64,000 nt of DNA from Anaerolineales bacterium (GTDB taxonomy: Bacteria > Chloroflexota > Anaerolineae > Anaerolineales > DRMV01). The stretch is taken from positions 214 to 64,213 of the forward strand of contig JALVVL010000004.1 in NCBI GenBank assembly GCA_027023425.1. Direction: 5' to 3'. The notes beneath the pieces were generated by a model. That model saw nothing but the letters and a program-made list of their open reading frames with translations, had not been told where the DNA came from and made no database searches. Made by a program: the position numbers and the translations under genes. Position 1 is the first letter of the stretch, and every line of letters begins with the position of its first letter. Of the stretch, positions 47,179-58,995 are shown piece after piece.

Positions 47179-49983
47179 ATGCCCAAACCGTATAACCCCG
47201 CCGAAATAGAACCCAAATGGCAAGCAAAATGGGAAGCCGACAAAATCTACGAAGCAAACATTGACCCAAGCCGTCCCAAGCACTACGCTCTCACTATGTT
47301 CCCCTACCCCTCGGGGAACCTGCACATCGGGCACTGGTATGCGATGACGCCCTCTGACGCGCGCGCCCGCTTTATGCGCATGAAGGGCTACAATGTGCTT
47401 TTCCCAATGGGCTTTGACGCCTTCGGCTTGCCTGCCGAGAACGCCGCCATCACGCGCAACATTCACCCGCGCGAATGGACTTATGCCAACATTGAAAACA
47501 TGCGTCGGCAACTCCGCCGTATGGGCGCAATTTTTGACTGGCGGCGCGAAGTTGTCACTTGCGACCCCGAATACTACCGCTGGAATCAGTGGTTCTTCAT
47601 CCAGTTTTACAAGCATGGGCTGGCATACCGCAAGAAGGCGCCGGTTGATTGGTGCCCAAGGTGCAACACTACCCTCGCGCGCGAGCAAGTAATCGGCGAA
47701 GATCGCGTCTGTGAGCGCTGCGGCACGCCTGTTATCAAGAAAAATTTGGAACAGTGGTTTTTCCGCATCACCGACTACGCCGAAGAACTCAAGCGCTTTG
47801 ACGGCTTAGACTGGCCTGAGCGCATCAAAACCGCCCAGCGCAATTGGATTGGCGACCGCTCAGAAGGCGCTAACGTTTTCTTCAAAACTGAGCAAGGGCA
47901 CACTTTGGAGATTTTCACTACTCGCCCCGATACCCTGTGGGGCGTAACCTTCATGGTGCTCGCCCCCGAGCACCCCGTGATTGATGAAATCACCCCGCCG
48001 GAATATCGCCCTGCGGTGGACAAATACCGTTTCCAAGCCGCGCGCTTCTCCGACACCGAGCGGCAAGCCGCCGAACGCGAAAAAACCGGCGTCTTCACCG
48101 GCGCTTACGCCATCAACCCCGTCAACGGCGAAAAAGTGCCCATCTGGATTGCCGACTATGTGCTCATGTCCTACGGCAGCGGCGCGATCATGGCCGTGCC
48201 CGCCCATGACCAGCGCGACTACGAATTTGCCAAAAAATACGGCTTGGAAATCCGCCCCGTTATTTTCCCCGTGGATGAAAACGGCAACCCCATCCCCTTA
48301 GATGCCGCTACGATGGAAGAGGCTTACCCCGGCCCGGGCGTTATGGCAAACAGCGGCCCGTTGACCGGAACGCGCATCGTCAAAGCCAAAGGCTGGGACG
48401 ACCCCGGCATTATGAAAGTGATTGAATGGCTGGAAGAAAAAGGCATCGGTGAGCGCGCTGTCAACTACCGCCTGCGCGACTGGCTGATTTCCCGCCAGCG
48501 TTACTGGGGCACCCCAATCCCCATGGTTTACTGCGAAAAGTGCGGCTGGAACCCCGTGCCCGAAGACCAACTGCCGGTTGAACTGCCCGACGATGTGGAG
48601 TGGAAACCCACCGGTGAAAGCCCGCTCAAATTCCACCCAACTTGGAAGCACACCACCTGCCCTGTCTGCGGTGGCCCGGCGATCCGCGAAACCGACACGA
48701 TGGATACCTTCATGGATTCTTCGTGGTATCACCTCGCCTACCTGAGCCTGCACGGGCACGAAGAGGCGCCGTTTGAGCGTGAAGAGTACGAATACTGGTT
48801 CCCCGTAGATACCTACACCGGCGGCGCGGAACACGCCACCATGCACCTGCTCTACGTCCGCTTCTTCCACAAGGCGTTGCGCGACCTCGGCATTGTGGAT
48901 GGCGATGAGCCGATGATTCAACTGCGCAACCAAGGCGTGGTGCTGGGCGAGCCGCGCGACGGGCATTTTGTCACCATCACTGGCCATTGGGAAGGAAACG
49001 CCTTCCACGCTGAGCGCATCGTTGCCCTGCCGTGGGGAACTCCCCGCAGCGAATGGCCTGATTTCTTCCAAGGCGAAACCGAAATCCGCGGTGAAGTCTA
49101 CGCCCGCGACGAAGCCACCGTCAAAGTGCGCGTCAACCCCTACATTGAAGGCGAAGACCCGATAAAAACCGCCCGCTTGGTGGTGGTTCACGTGGATGAA
49201 AGCACGGTGGTTGAAATTCCCGAAAAGCCCAGCGCCCGCCACTTGGATTTGGTCTATCACTTGGAAGCGGAGAAAATGTCCAAATCCAAGTTCAACGTGG
49301 TTGACCCCGACGATTTGGTGGATCAGTACGGGGCAGACACAGTGCGGGCTTACCTGATGTTCTTCGCCCGCTGGGATTTAGGCGGCCCGTGGAACAGCAA
49401 AGGCATCGGCGGGGTGGTGCGCTGGCTGCGCCGCGTGTGGAATTTGGTGAATGAGACCGCCCGCGCCAATCCTCCGGCCAAGCCCAATGCCGAAGCCGTG
49501 CGCTCACTGCGCCGCAAGGTGCATCAAACGCTGAAAAATGTCACGCGCGATTTTGAAAACTTTGAATTCAACACCATTGTCGCCGCGCTGATGGAATTGC
49601 TCAACGAAATGCAACGCCTGCGCGACCAGACTGCGGGCACCGAGGCTTGGCAAGAAGCGCTTGACATTTACCTGCGGATGATGGCGCCCGTTACCCCCTT
49701 CATTGCCGAGGAACTGTGGGTTGAAGTGCTGGGCAAGCCCTACTCCATCCACAACCAAACTTGGCCTGAGGTGGATGAGGAAGCCATCAAAGAAGACACC
49801 ATCACGCTGGTGGTGCAGGTAAACGGTAAAGTGCGCGACCGCCTGCAAGTGCCGGTAGGCATCGCGGCCGAAGAGGCCAAAGCAATGGCGTTAGCCAGCG
49901 AGGCTGTCCAGCGCCACCTAAAAGGCAAAGAGCCGCGCAAGGTGATTTACGTCCCCGGCAGGTTGGTGAATATAGTGGTTTGA
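47179..49983 (+). CDS. leuS: leucine--tRNA ligase
   Basis: MFPYPSGNLHIGH, FTTRPDT, DWLISRQRYWG, KMSKS; Leu T-box upstream. Confidence 0.98.
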   Translation: MPKPYNPAEIEPKWQAKWEADKIYEANIDPSRPKHYALTMFPYPSGNLHIGHWYAMTPSDARARFMRMKGYNVLFPMGFDAFGLPAENAAITRNIHPREWTYANIENMRRQLRRMGAIFDWRREVVTCDPEYYRWNQWFFIQFYKHGLAYRKKAPVDWCPRCNTTLAREQVIGEDRVCERCGTPVIKKNLEQWFFRITDYAEELKRFDGLDWPERIKTAQRNWIGDRSEGANVFFKTEQGHTLEIFTTRPDTLWGVTFMVLAPEHPVIDEITPPEYRPAVDKYRFQAARFSDTERQAAEREKTGVFTGAYAINPVNGEKVPIWIADYVLMSYGSGAIMAVPAHDQRDYEFAKKYGLEIRPVIFPVDENGNPIPLDAATMEEAYPGPGVMANSGPLTGTRIVKAKGWDDPGIMKVIEWLEEKGIGERAVNYRLRDWLISRQRYWGTPIPMVYCEKCGWNPVPEDQLPVELPDDVEWKPTGESPLKFHPTWKHTTCPVCGGPAIRETDTMDTFMDSSWYHLAYLSLHGHEEAPFEREEYEYWFPVDTYTGGAEHATMHLLYVRFFHKALRDLGIVDGDEPMIQLRNQGVVLGEPRDGHFVTITGHWEGNAFHAERIVALPWGTPRSEWPDFFQGETEIRGEVYARDEATVKVRVNPYIEGEDPIKTARLVVVHVDESTVVEIPEKPSARHLDLVYHLEAEKMSKSKFNVVDPDDLVDQYGADTVRAYLMFFARWDLGGPWNSKGIGGVVRWLRRVWNLVNETARANPPAKPNAEAVRSLRRKVHQTLKNVTRDFENFEFNTIVAALMELLNEMQRLRDQTAGTEAWQEALDIYLRMMAPVTPFIAEELWVEVLGKPYSIHNQTWPEVDEEAIKEDTITLVVQVNGKVRDRLQVPVGIAAEEAKAMALASEAVQRHLKGKEPRKVIYVPGRLVNIVV

Positions 49984-49984
49984 A

Positions 49985-50295
49985 TGGGAGCGTTGGGGCG
50001 TTGGGTCGTTAGGTCGTTAGGCCGTAGGTGGAGAAACACCACAAACCACAGAAAACACGAAATTTACAGAGAACACTAATCTGTGGTTTTCATCCACCGA
50101 TTGACACAGATTTACACCGATTTAAAAACACAGAAATTTACAGAGAGCACAGAAATTTTCTCTCTGCGTCTCTGGGCGAGGCGATGCCTCGCACCTACTC
50201 TGCGCCTCTGTTTCCTCTGCGTCTCTGCATTACTTTCTTGGCGTCCTCTGTGTCCTTGGCGACCTTGGCGTCTCTGCGCCTCTGCGTTAACCTCT
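49985..50295. repeat. mosaic micro-repeat array with embedded REP
   Basis: TTAGGTCG octamers, CACAGA, CTCTGCG and CTTGGCG modules; REP-like GGGCGAGGCGATGCCTCGCACCTAC at 50174. Confidence 0.88.
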
Positions 50296-50883
50296 CAGCG
50301 CGCGCACCAAGGTATCCACCATGCGCGCGGTCGCGCCCCAAATCACTTCGCCCTCGTAAGGGCGGTAAAACCATGACCGCACGCGCCCGTAATGCGGAAT
50401 TTCGTATTCGCGGAGCGTGCGGTTTTCTGTTGCGGCAAGCCAGCGCAGGGGCACGGTGAAGGCGCGCACAACCTCCCCTTCCGAAAGGCGCAGCGGGTAA
50501 GGCCAAGGGATTTTGCCCACCACTGGTGTAATGCAGTAGCCCGTTACGGTGCAGTGGCGCGGCAAGACGCCCAATACCTGCACGGCTTTTGCCGGAACTC
50601 CGATTTCCTCTTCGGCTTCGCGGCAGGCGGTGGCGATGTGGTCGCGGTCGCCGTTTTCGCGGCTCCCGCCGGGGAAGGAAACCTGACCGCTGTGTGGGTC
50701 GTGCTGGTTTGCCGTGCGGTGGATGAACAGCAAGCGCCACTCGCCCTCGGCGCGCAACATGGGCACTAAAACCGCCGCATCGCGCTTTTCTTCCAACCCG
50801 TAGGGGTTAATTTCCCCCTCGCCGCTCAGCGCGGCAAGCCGGCGGCTTATCTCTTCGGGGGTGAGGCTTTCCCAAAAGTCCAT
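50287..50883 (-). CDS. Nudix CoA pyrophosphatase
   Basis: AAVLVP, HSGQVSFPGG, ACREAEEEIG, IWGATA. Confidence 0.92.
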   Translation of the reverse strand: MDFWESLTPEEISRRLAALSGEGEINPYGLEEKRDAAVLVPMLRAEGEWRLLFIHRTANQHDPHSGQVSFPGGSRENGDRDHIATACREAEEEIGVPAKAVQVLGVLPRHCTVTGYCITPVVGKIPWPYPLRLSEGEVVRAFTVPLRWLAATENRTLREYEIPHYGRVRSWFYRPYEGEVIWGATARMVDTLVRALRG

Positions 50884-50884
50884 G

Positions 50885-51700
50885 CTATTCCGGCGGCTCT
50901 TGCGGCAAAGTTGGGCGCGCAAACACCAAATAGCCCGTGTGCGCCACCATCCGGTCGGTCGGGCGAAGCCGCTCCGGCACTGGCTTGTAATACCGCAGCA
51001 GTATTTCGCAAACGTCAATAAAAGCAAAATCGTGCTCTTGCAAAGCCGCAATCAGGCGGGAAACTTGGTTGGTGGTCGGGAGCAGGCTGCCAAAAAATCC
51101 GCCTGAGCGGAGCGTTTGCCGCACTTGCGGGATGTAATCTTCGGGATTGGGCACGTCCAAAAATAGCGCGGGCACACCCCTTTCATCAAACCCCTCGGCA
51201 ATGTCGCGAAGTTTGAACTCAACGCGGTGTTCAAGCCCAAGCCGCTTGAGGTTGCGGCGGGCGAGTGCCTGCATTTCGGGGCGGCGCTCGTATGAAATCA
51301 CCTTTCCGGTTTCGCCCACGGCAAAGGCAAAGGCAGTGGTGAGCGCCCCTGAGCCTGTGCCCGCTTCCACAACCGTTTGACCGGGGCCAATGCTCATGGA
51401 AACCAGCACAAAGCCGATGTCTTTCGGGAACATGATTTGCGTGTTGCGGCGGGTTTCGCGGAGCAAGTCTGCCAGCGACGGCGTGAGCAGGTAAAACGGC
51501 TCGCCGAGGTGCGAATAAACCTGCGTTCCCCACGGCAGGCCGATTAGGTCGTCGTGGCGGATGACGCCTTTGTGGGTGTGCAGTTCAGCGCCCGCTTGCA
51601 GGCGCACTAAGAAGAAGCGGTGAGACGTGCTGAGCAGTTGGGCTAAATCGCCCTCTTGGGCTGTGGCTTTTTCGGGTGTAAAAGGCATTTTTGCGTCCAT
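50885..51700 (-). CDS. trmI: tRNA (adenine-58-N1)-methyltransferase
   Basis: TQIMFPKD, VEAGTGSGALT, FLDVP, RP..RMVAHTGYL. Confidence 0.93.
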   Translation of the reverse strand: MDAKMPFTPEKATAQEGDLAQLLSTSHRFFLVRLQAGAELHTHKGVIRHDDLIGLPWGTQVYSHLGEPFYLLTPSLADLLRETRRNTQIMFPKDIGFVLVSMSIGPGQTVVEAGTGSGALTTAFAFAVGETGKVISYERRPEMQALARRNLKRLGLEHRVEFKLRDIAEGFDERGVPALFLDVPNPEDYIPQVRQTLRSGGFFGSLLPTTNQVSRLIAALQEHDFAFIDVCEILLRYYKPVPERLRPTDRMVAHTGYLVFARPTLPQEPPE

Positions 51701-51722
51701 TGGGTTTTGGGCTCTCCGAGGT

Positions 51723-53303
51723 TCATCGCAATTTTGTGTGCGATGGCAAAGTGTTGGCAGCGGTGAGGACGGCTTGCAGGAATTCGGGCGTGGCGAGCAG
51801 GGCGCGCGTTTCTTCAATTTCGGGCGCCCACCACGCATCGCCGGGCTGGTAGGGGACGCGCTCGCGGATCAGCCGATGCGCCGTCGCCGTTCCTCGCCCA
51901 AGGCGCGCCTCCGGCATTTGCCGCAGGCGCAGGTCAATGGCGCGCGCCGCAGTGTATGCTTCAATCGCGAGCACGTGCGCTGTGTTGCGCACCACCGCCC
52001 GCGCGTGCCGCGCCGCGGTCATGGCATTGGCGTTGTGGTCTTCCTGCTCGCCCGAAGTGGGCAGCGAGCGGGTGCTGTCGGGGCTTGAAAGGGTTTGATT
52101 TTCCAGTACCAACGACGCGGCGGTGTATTGCGGCATCATCAAGCCGGAGTTCAGCCCCGCGGCTTCGGGCGTATCTGCCAGCATGGAGGGCAAGCCGTAG
52201 TTCAGTTTGCCGTCGGTGAGGCGGAAAATGCGCCGCTCGGCAATTGCAGCGACTTCACTCATGGCAATTGCGAGGAAATCCGCCGCCATTGCTACCGGTT
52301 CGCCGTGGAAATTGCCGCCGGAAAGGGCTTCGGTGGGGCTGAAAATCAGCGGGTTGTCGGTCACGGCGTTGATTTCGCGGCGGGCGACTTCGGAGACGAA
52401 AGCCCATGTATCCCGCGCCGCGCCTTGCACCTGCGGGGCGGTGCGAAGCGAGTAGGCGTCTTGGACGCGCCCGCCGGCATCAATCAGCGTGCTTTCGGCG
52501 GTGAGTTCGCGCACGCGGCGTGCCACCGCAATTTGCCCGGGGTGGCGGCGCGCACGGTGTATCCGCTCGTCAAACGCGTTTGAAGCGCCCAAAAGCGCTT
52601 CAAGGCTCATGCTCAGAGCAATTTCGGCAATGTCAAGCCAATGGGCAGAATCGTAAACCGCAAGCGCCAGAACCGCTGCGGAAAAGGTCGCGCCGTTGGT
52701 AATTGCCAGCCCCTCTTTGGGACCAAGCACCACGCGGCGGATGCCGGCGGCGCGCATTGCCTCGCATCCGTGCATACGCTTGCCGCGGTAGGTAGCCCAG
52801 CCGCAGTAATTTTCGCTCGCGTTGGGCGGCGGGGCGGTGAGCACCAACCCCAAGTGCGCCAGCGGCGCTAAATCGCCCGATGAACCCATTGAGCCCTGAG
52901 ACGGCACTTCGGGCGTTACGCCGCGGTTCAGCATTTCAATCAGGGTTTCCACCACCACCGGGCGCACGCCCGAAACGCCAAGGGCTAAGGTGTTGGCGCG
53001 GATGAGCATCGCGGCGCGCACCACCTCTTCCGGCAGCGGATCGCCCGTGCCGACGGCGTGGCTCAGGATGAGGTTGCGGCTGAGTTGCGCGGCTTGCTCT
53101 GGCGAAATACGGCGGTCGGCAAATATGCCAAAGCCGGTATTGATTCCGTAAACGGCTTTGCCTGTGTGCAAAATTTGCTCCACCCAGTGGTGTGAGCGGA
53201 GCATTCGTTCGCGGGAGGCGTCGGCGAGGCGCACGGGTTCGTGCTCGCGCGCCACCGCCGCTACTTCTGCAATGGTCAGGTGATGTCCGTCAATTGTGAG
53301 CAT
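51723..53303 (-). CDS. hutH: histidine ammonia-lyase
   Basis: VYGINTGFG, LILSH, GSMGSSGDLAPL, QDAYSLR, GGNFHG, QEDH. Confidence 0.88.
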   Translation of the reverse strand: MLTIDGHHLTIAEVAAVAREHEPVRLADASRERMLRSHHWVEQILHTGKAVYGINTGFGIFADRRISPEQAAQLSRNLILSHAVGTGDPLPEEVVRAAMLIRANTLALGVSGVRPVVVETLIEMLNRGVTPEVPSQGSMGSSGDLAPLAHLGLVLTAPPPNASENYCGWATYRGKRMHGCEAMRAAGIRRVVLGPKEGLAITNGATFSAAVLALAVYDSAHWLDIAEIALSMSLEALLGASNAFDERIHRARRHPGQIAVARRVRELTAESTLIDAGGRVQDAYSLRTAPQVQGAARDTWAFVSEVARREINAVTDNPLIFSPTEALSGGNFHGEPVAMAADFLAIAMSEVAAIAERRIFRLTDGKLNYGLPSMLADTPEAAGLNSGLMMPQYTAASLVLENQTLSSPDSTRSLPTSGEQEDHNANAMTAARHARAVVRNTAHVLAIEAYTAARAIDLRLRQMPEARLGRGTATAHRLIRERVPYQPGDAWWAPEIEETRALLATPEFLQAVLTAANTLPSHTKLR

Positions 53304-53309
53304 AGGAAA

Positions 53310-53912
53310 GGTGTTAGGTCGTTAGGTCGTTGGGTCGTTAGGTCGTTGGGTCGTTGAGTCGTGAAGTCGTTGCGTCGTAGGTGGAGCAACATCACAAGCC
53401 GCAGAAAGCGTAATTACCTACGCGGGTGCGGGTGCAATATGGCATTTTGGGGATCGCTCTTTCCAAAAAGTCGCCGTAGGGCGACTTCGCAAGCGGTAGG
53501 TGCAGTTTCAACTGCCGCCGCTTGTGCCCTGTGACTAAAGTCACGGGCTACAAGTTGCGAAGTCCACCTGCGTGGACTTCTGCTCACACCGCGCCGAAGT
53601 GTTTGCCCCCGCTCACAGAGCGGGTAGGCAGTTACCAGAAAACACAGAAATTTACAGCGAACACAGAAAAAATCTGTGCTAATCTGTGTTTTTTCTTTGC
53701 GTTACTATCCACCGATTGACACAGATTTACACCGATTGAGTAAGAAAACCACAGAGGACACAGAAACTTACAGAGAACACAGAAATTTTTTTCTTTGCGT
53801 CCTTTGCGCTTCTCTGCGCCTCTGCGTTACTTTCTTGGCGTCCTTTGTGCCCTTGGCGCTCTTGGCGTCTCTGCGCTCTCTGCGCCTCTGCTTTCTCTGT
53901 GTCTCTGCGTTA
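53310..53912. repeat. mosaic micro-repeat array interrupted by a 226-bp element
   Basis: TTAGGTCG octamers then CACAGA/CTCTGCG modules; includes the ssnA stop. Confidence 0.88.
53410..53635. mobile_element. 226-bp TIR element carrying REP-like palindromes
   Basis: TIR GTAATTACCTAC / GTAGGCAGTTAC (10/12); flanks CAGAAAGC / CAGAAAAC (7/8); internal hairpins. Confidence 0.75.
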
Positions 53913-55268
53913 CTTTACGAACCGCCGGTAGGCTTCCCAAACTTTGGGGGCGTAGGCGCGGGCTTCGGCGGCTATGCGCTCCTCGTCCAAGGTCAAAAGT
54001 TCACGGTCTTTCATCAGAACCTTTCCCGCGACGATGGTTGCCGTGATCATGCGCTCATAAGCGCCAAAAACGATGTGCCACGGCAGGTTGCCCGCCGTTA
54101 CCGGCGTGTGGGGGTTGAATTCTACCAAAATCAAGTCGGCCGCGGCGCCCTTTTTCACCACGCCGAGCGGAGCGGCGGGGAAGTAGAGGTTAGCGAGACG
54201 GCGGTTGTTTTCCACCGCGATTTGCATTACCTTGTCGGCGCCCATGCGACGCGGGTCGCGGGCTTCCAATTTGTGCTGGAGGTAGGCAAAGCGCATTTCC
54301 TCCCACATCGCGTGGGGGAAGCCGTCGGTGCCGAGCACAACCTTTACGCCGAGCCGCATCATTTCCTCAATGCGCGCCGTGCCGACAGCGTTGTTCATGT
54401 TGGAGCGCGGCTGGTGGCTCAGCCATGTGCCGGTTTCGGCGAGGATTTGCATTTCGCGGGCGTCAATGTGAACTCCGTGGGCAACTATGGTGCGCTCGCC
54501 CAAAATACCGTGTTTTTGCAAGCGCTCAACTGTGCGCAAGCCAGTGCGGCGCAGACTGTCGTCTTCGTCCACCTGATGCTCGGCAACGTGGATGTGGAAG
54601 CCGATTTCGGGCGGGCAGGCGCTTGCGGCGGCGTCTAAGGTGTCTTCGTCCAGCGTGAGGCTGGCATGCAAGCCAAAAGTCGCCGCGAGGCGCTGGGCGG
54701 GCGTGCCGTATTCGGGGAATGTGCGCACCGCCTCGGCGAACCGCACATTCTCGGCGATGGAAGCGCGGGCGCTTTCTTTGCCGTAGCGGTCGGTAACCTC
54801 ATAGGCGAGCGCGGCGCGCACACCTGCCCTTTGCACCGCCTCGGCTATCACATCCAACGAATTTTCCAGCGCGTTGGGCGAGGCGTGGTGGTCAAACAGC
54901 GTGGTCACGCCGTTGCGGATGGCATCCACCAGCATCACCTCTGCCGAAAGCCGCACGGCGGTTTCGTCCAGCGCTTGGTCAAGCGGCCACCAAAGCCGTT
55001 CCAAAATTTCGGGGAAGGCTTTGGGCGCTTCGCCGGGGATTGCCATGCCGCGGGCAAACGCGCCGTAGAAGTGCGTGTGGGCGCAGATGTTGCCGGGCAT
55101 GAGCCATTGGCCGCGCGCATCCCACTTTTCGGCCTTGGTGTAGCGCTTTTCCATTTCGGTGGATGTGCCAAGGTCGGCAATCACGCCGTTCTCAATCAAA
55201 ACTGCATGGTCGGGCAGGATGCGGTGTTCTTCATCCCATGTTACCAGCGTGGCGTTGGTGATGAGCAT
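53910..55268 (-). CDS. ssnA: SsnA-like amidohydrolase
   Basis: MPGNICAHTHFY, GVTTLFDHHAS, GLHAS, HIHVAE, PRSNMNNAVG, LGTDG. Confidence 0.85.
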   Translation of the reverse strand: MLITNATLVTWDEEHRILPDHAVLIENGVIADLGTSTEMEKRYTKAEKWDARGQWLMPGNICAHTHFYGAFARGMAIPGEAPKAFPEILERLWWPLDQALDETAVRLSAEVMLVDAIRNGVTTLFDHHASPNALENSLDVIAEAVQRAGVRAALAYEVTDRYGKESARASIAENVRFAEAVRTFPEYGTPAQRLAATFGLHASLTLDEDTLDAAASACPPEIGFHIHVAEHQVDEDDSLRRTGLRTVERLQKHGILGERTIVAHGVHIDAREMQILAETGTWLSHQPRSNMNNAVGTARIEEMMRLGVKVVLGTDGFPHAMWEEMRFAYLQHKLEARDPRRMGADKVMQIAVENNRRLANLYFPAAPLGVVKKGAAADLILVEFNPHTPVTAGNLPWHIVFGAYERMITATIVAGKVLMKDRELLTLDEERIAAEARAYAPKVWEAYRRFVK

Positions 55269-55317
55269 AGAGACCTCCGATGGGCGGTGTTTGCTTGACC
55301 GACAAAACGCTTATCTC

Positions 55318-55380
55318 CTCACACAGAGGGCACGGAGTGGAAAGAGAAAAGTCTCCGTGCCCCCTGTGTTCCCCGTGTGA
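55318..55380. repeat. short CACAGAG/CACGGAG palindrome
   Basis: CACAGAGGGCACGGAG ... CTCCGTGCCCCCTGTG. Confidence 0.7.
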
Positions 55381-55408
55381 AAGGGGCGAGGATTTCAGTT
55401 GAACGGCT

Positions 55409-58576
<3,168 letters not shown>

Positions 58577-58620
58577 GATTACCTCCGAAAAATTGGGCTT
58601 TTGCAGGGGGCGTACAGCGC

Positions 58621-58655
58621 CGCAATTCGCAACTCGCAATTCGCAACTCGCAATT
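58621..58655. repeat. 5 x CGCAA(C/T)T heptamer
   Basis: CGCAATT CGCAACT CGCAATT CGCAACT CGCAATT in the ileS leader. Confidence 0.9.
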
Positions 58656-58659
58656 AACC

Positions 58660-58932
58660 ACAAACGCTCCCGCCCCGAGTAGGGACGAGAGCGCGCAACT
58701 CCCGCGGTACCACCCTGATTCCCACCCGCGCGGGTGGGCTCTCAGCAGGGCACGGCCTTTGCAGGCTTATGCCCCCGCCCCGATAACGGTGGGCGCAACC
58801 GGCGCACCTACTTGGGTTTTCCCGTTCGGCTTGCGGCTCCGGAGGGATTTTCAGCCCGCTGTGGCTGTTCGGCTTTCACCATCCCGAACTCGCTGTGAGC
58901 CCGCGGCGGGCTTACTCGTCTCCATCAACGCC
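58660..58932 (-). promoter_or_regulatory. T-box riboswitch (Ile)
   Basis: Minus strand: GAGTAAGCCC...GGGCTGAAA-ATC specifier (Ile); AATCAGGGTGGTACCGCG; CTCGTCCCT antiterminator. Confidence 0.92.
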
Positions 58933-58995
58933 TTTGAGTATGGGTAGGCGAATTATGCCACAAATCGGCGGTGGGGTCAAATCTTGGGCTTGGTT

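Noticed and set aside
8071-54046. Short ORFs in the arrays (e.g. ...LICVICGF..., ...HRLTQI..., ...PLRLCV...)
   Set aside because: They are by-products of 9-bp periodicity, occur in several frames on both strands, and lack RBSs.
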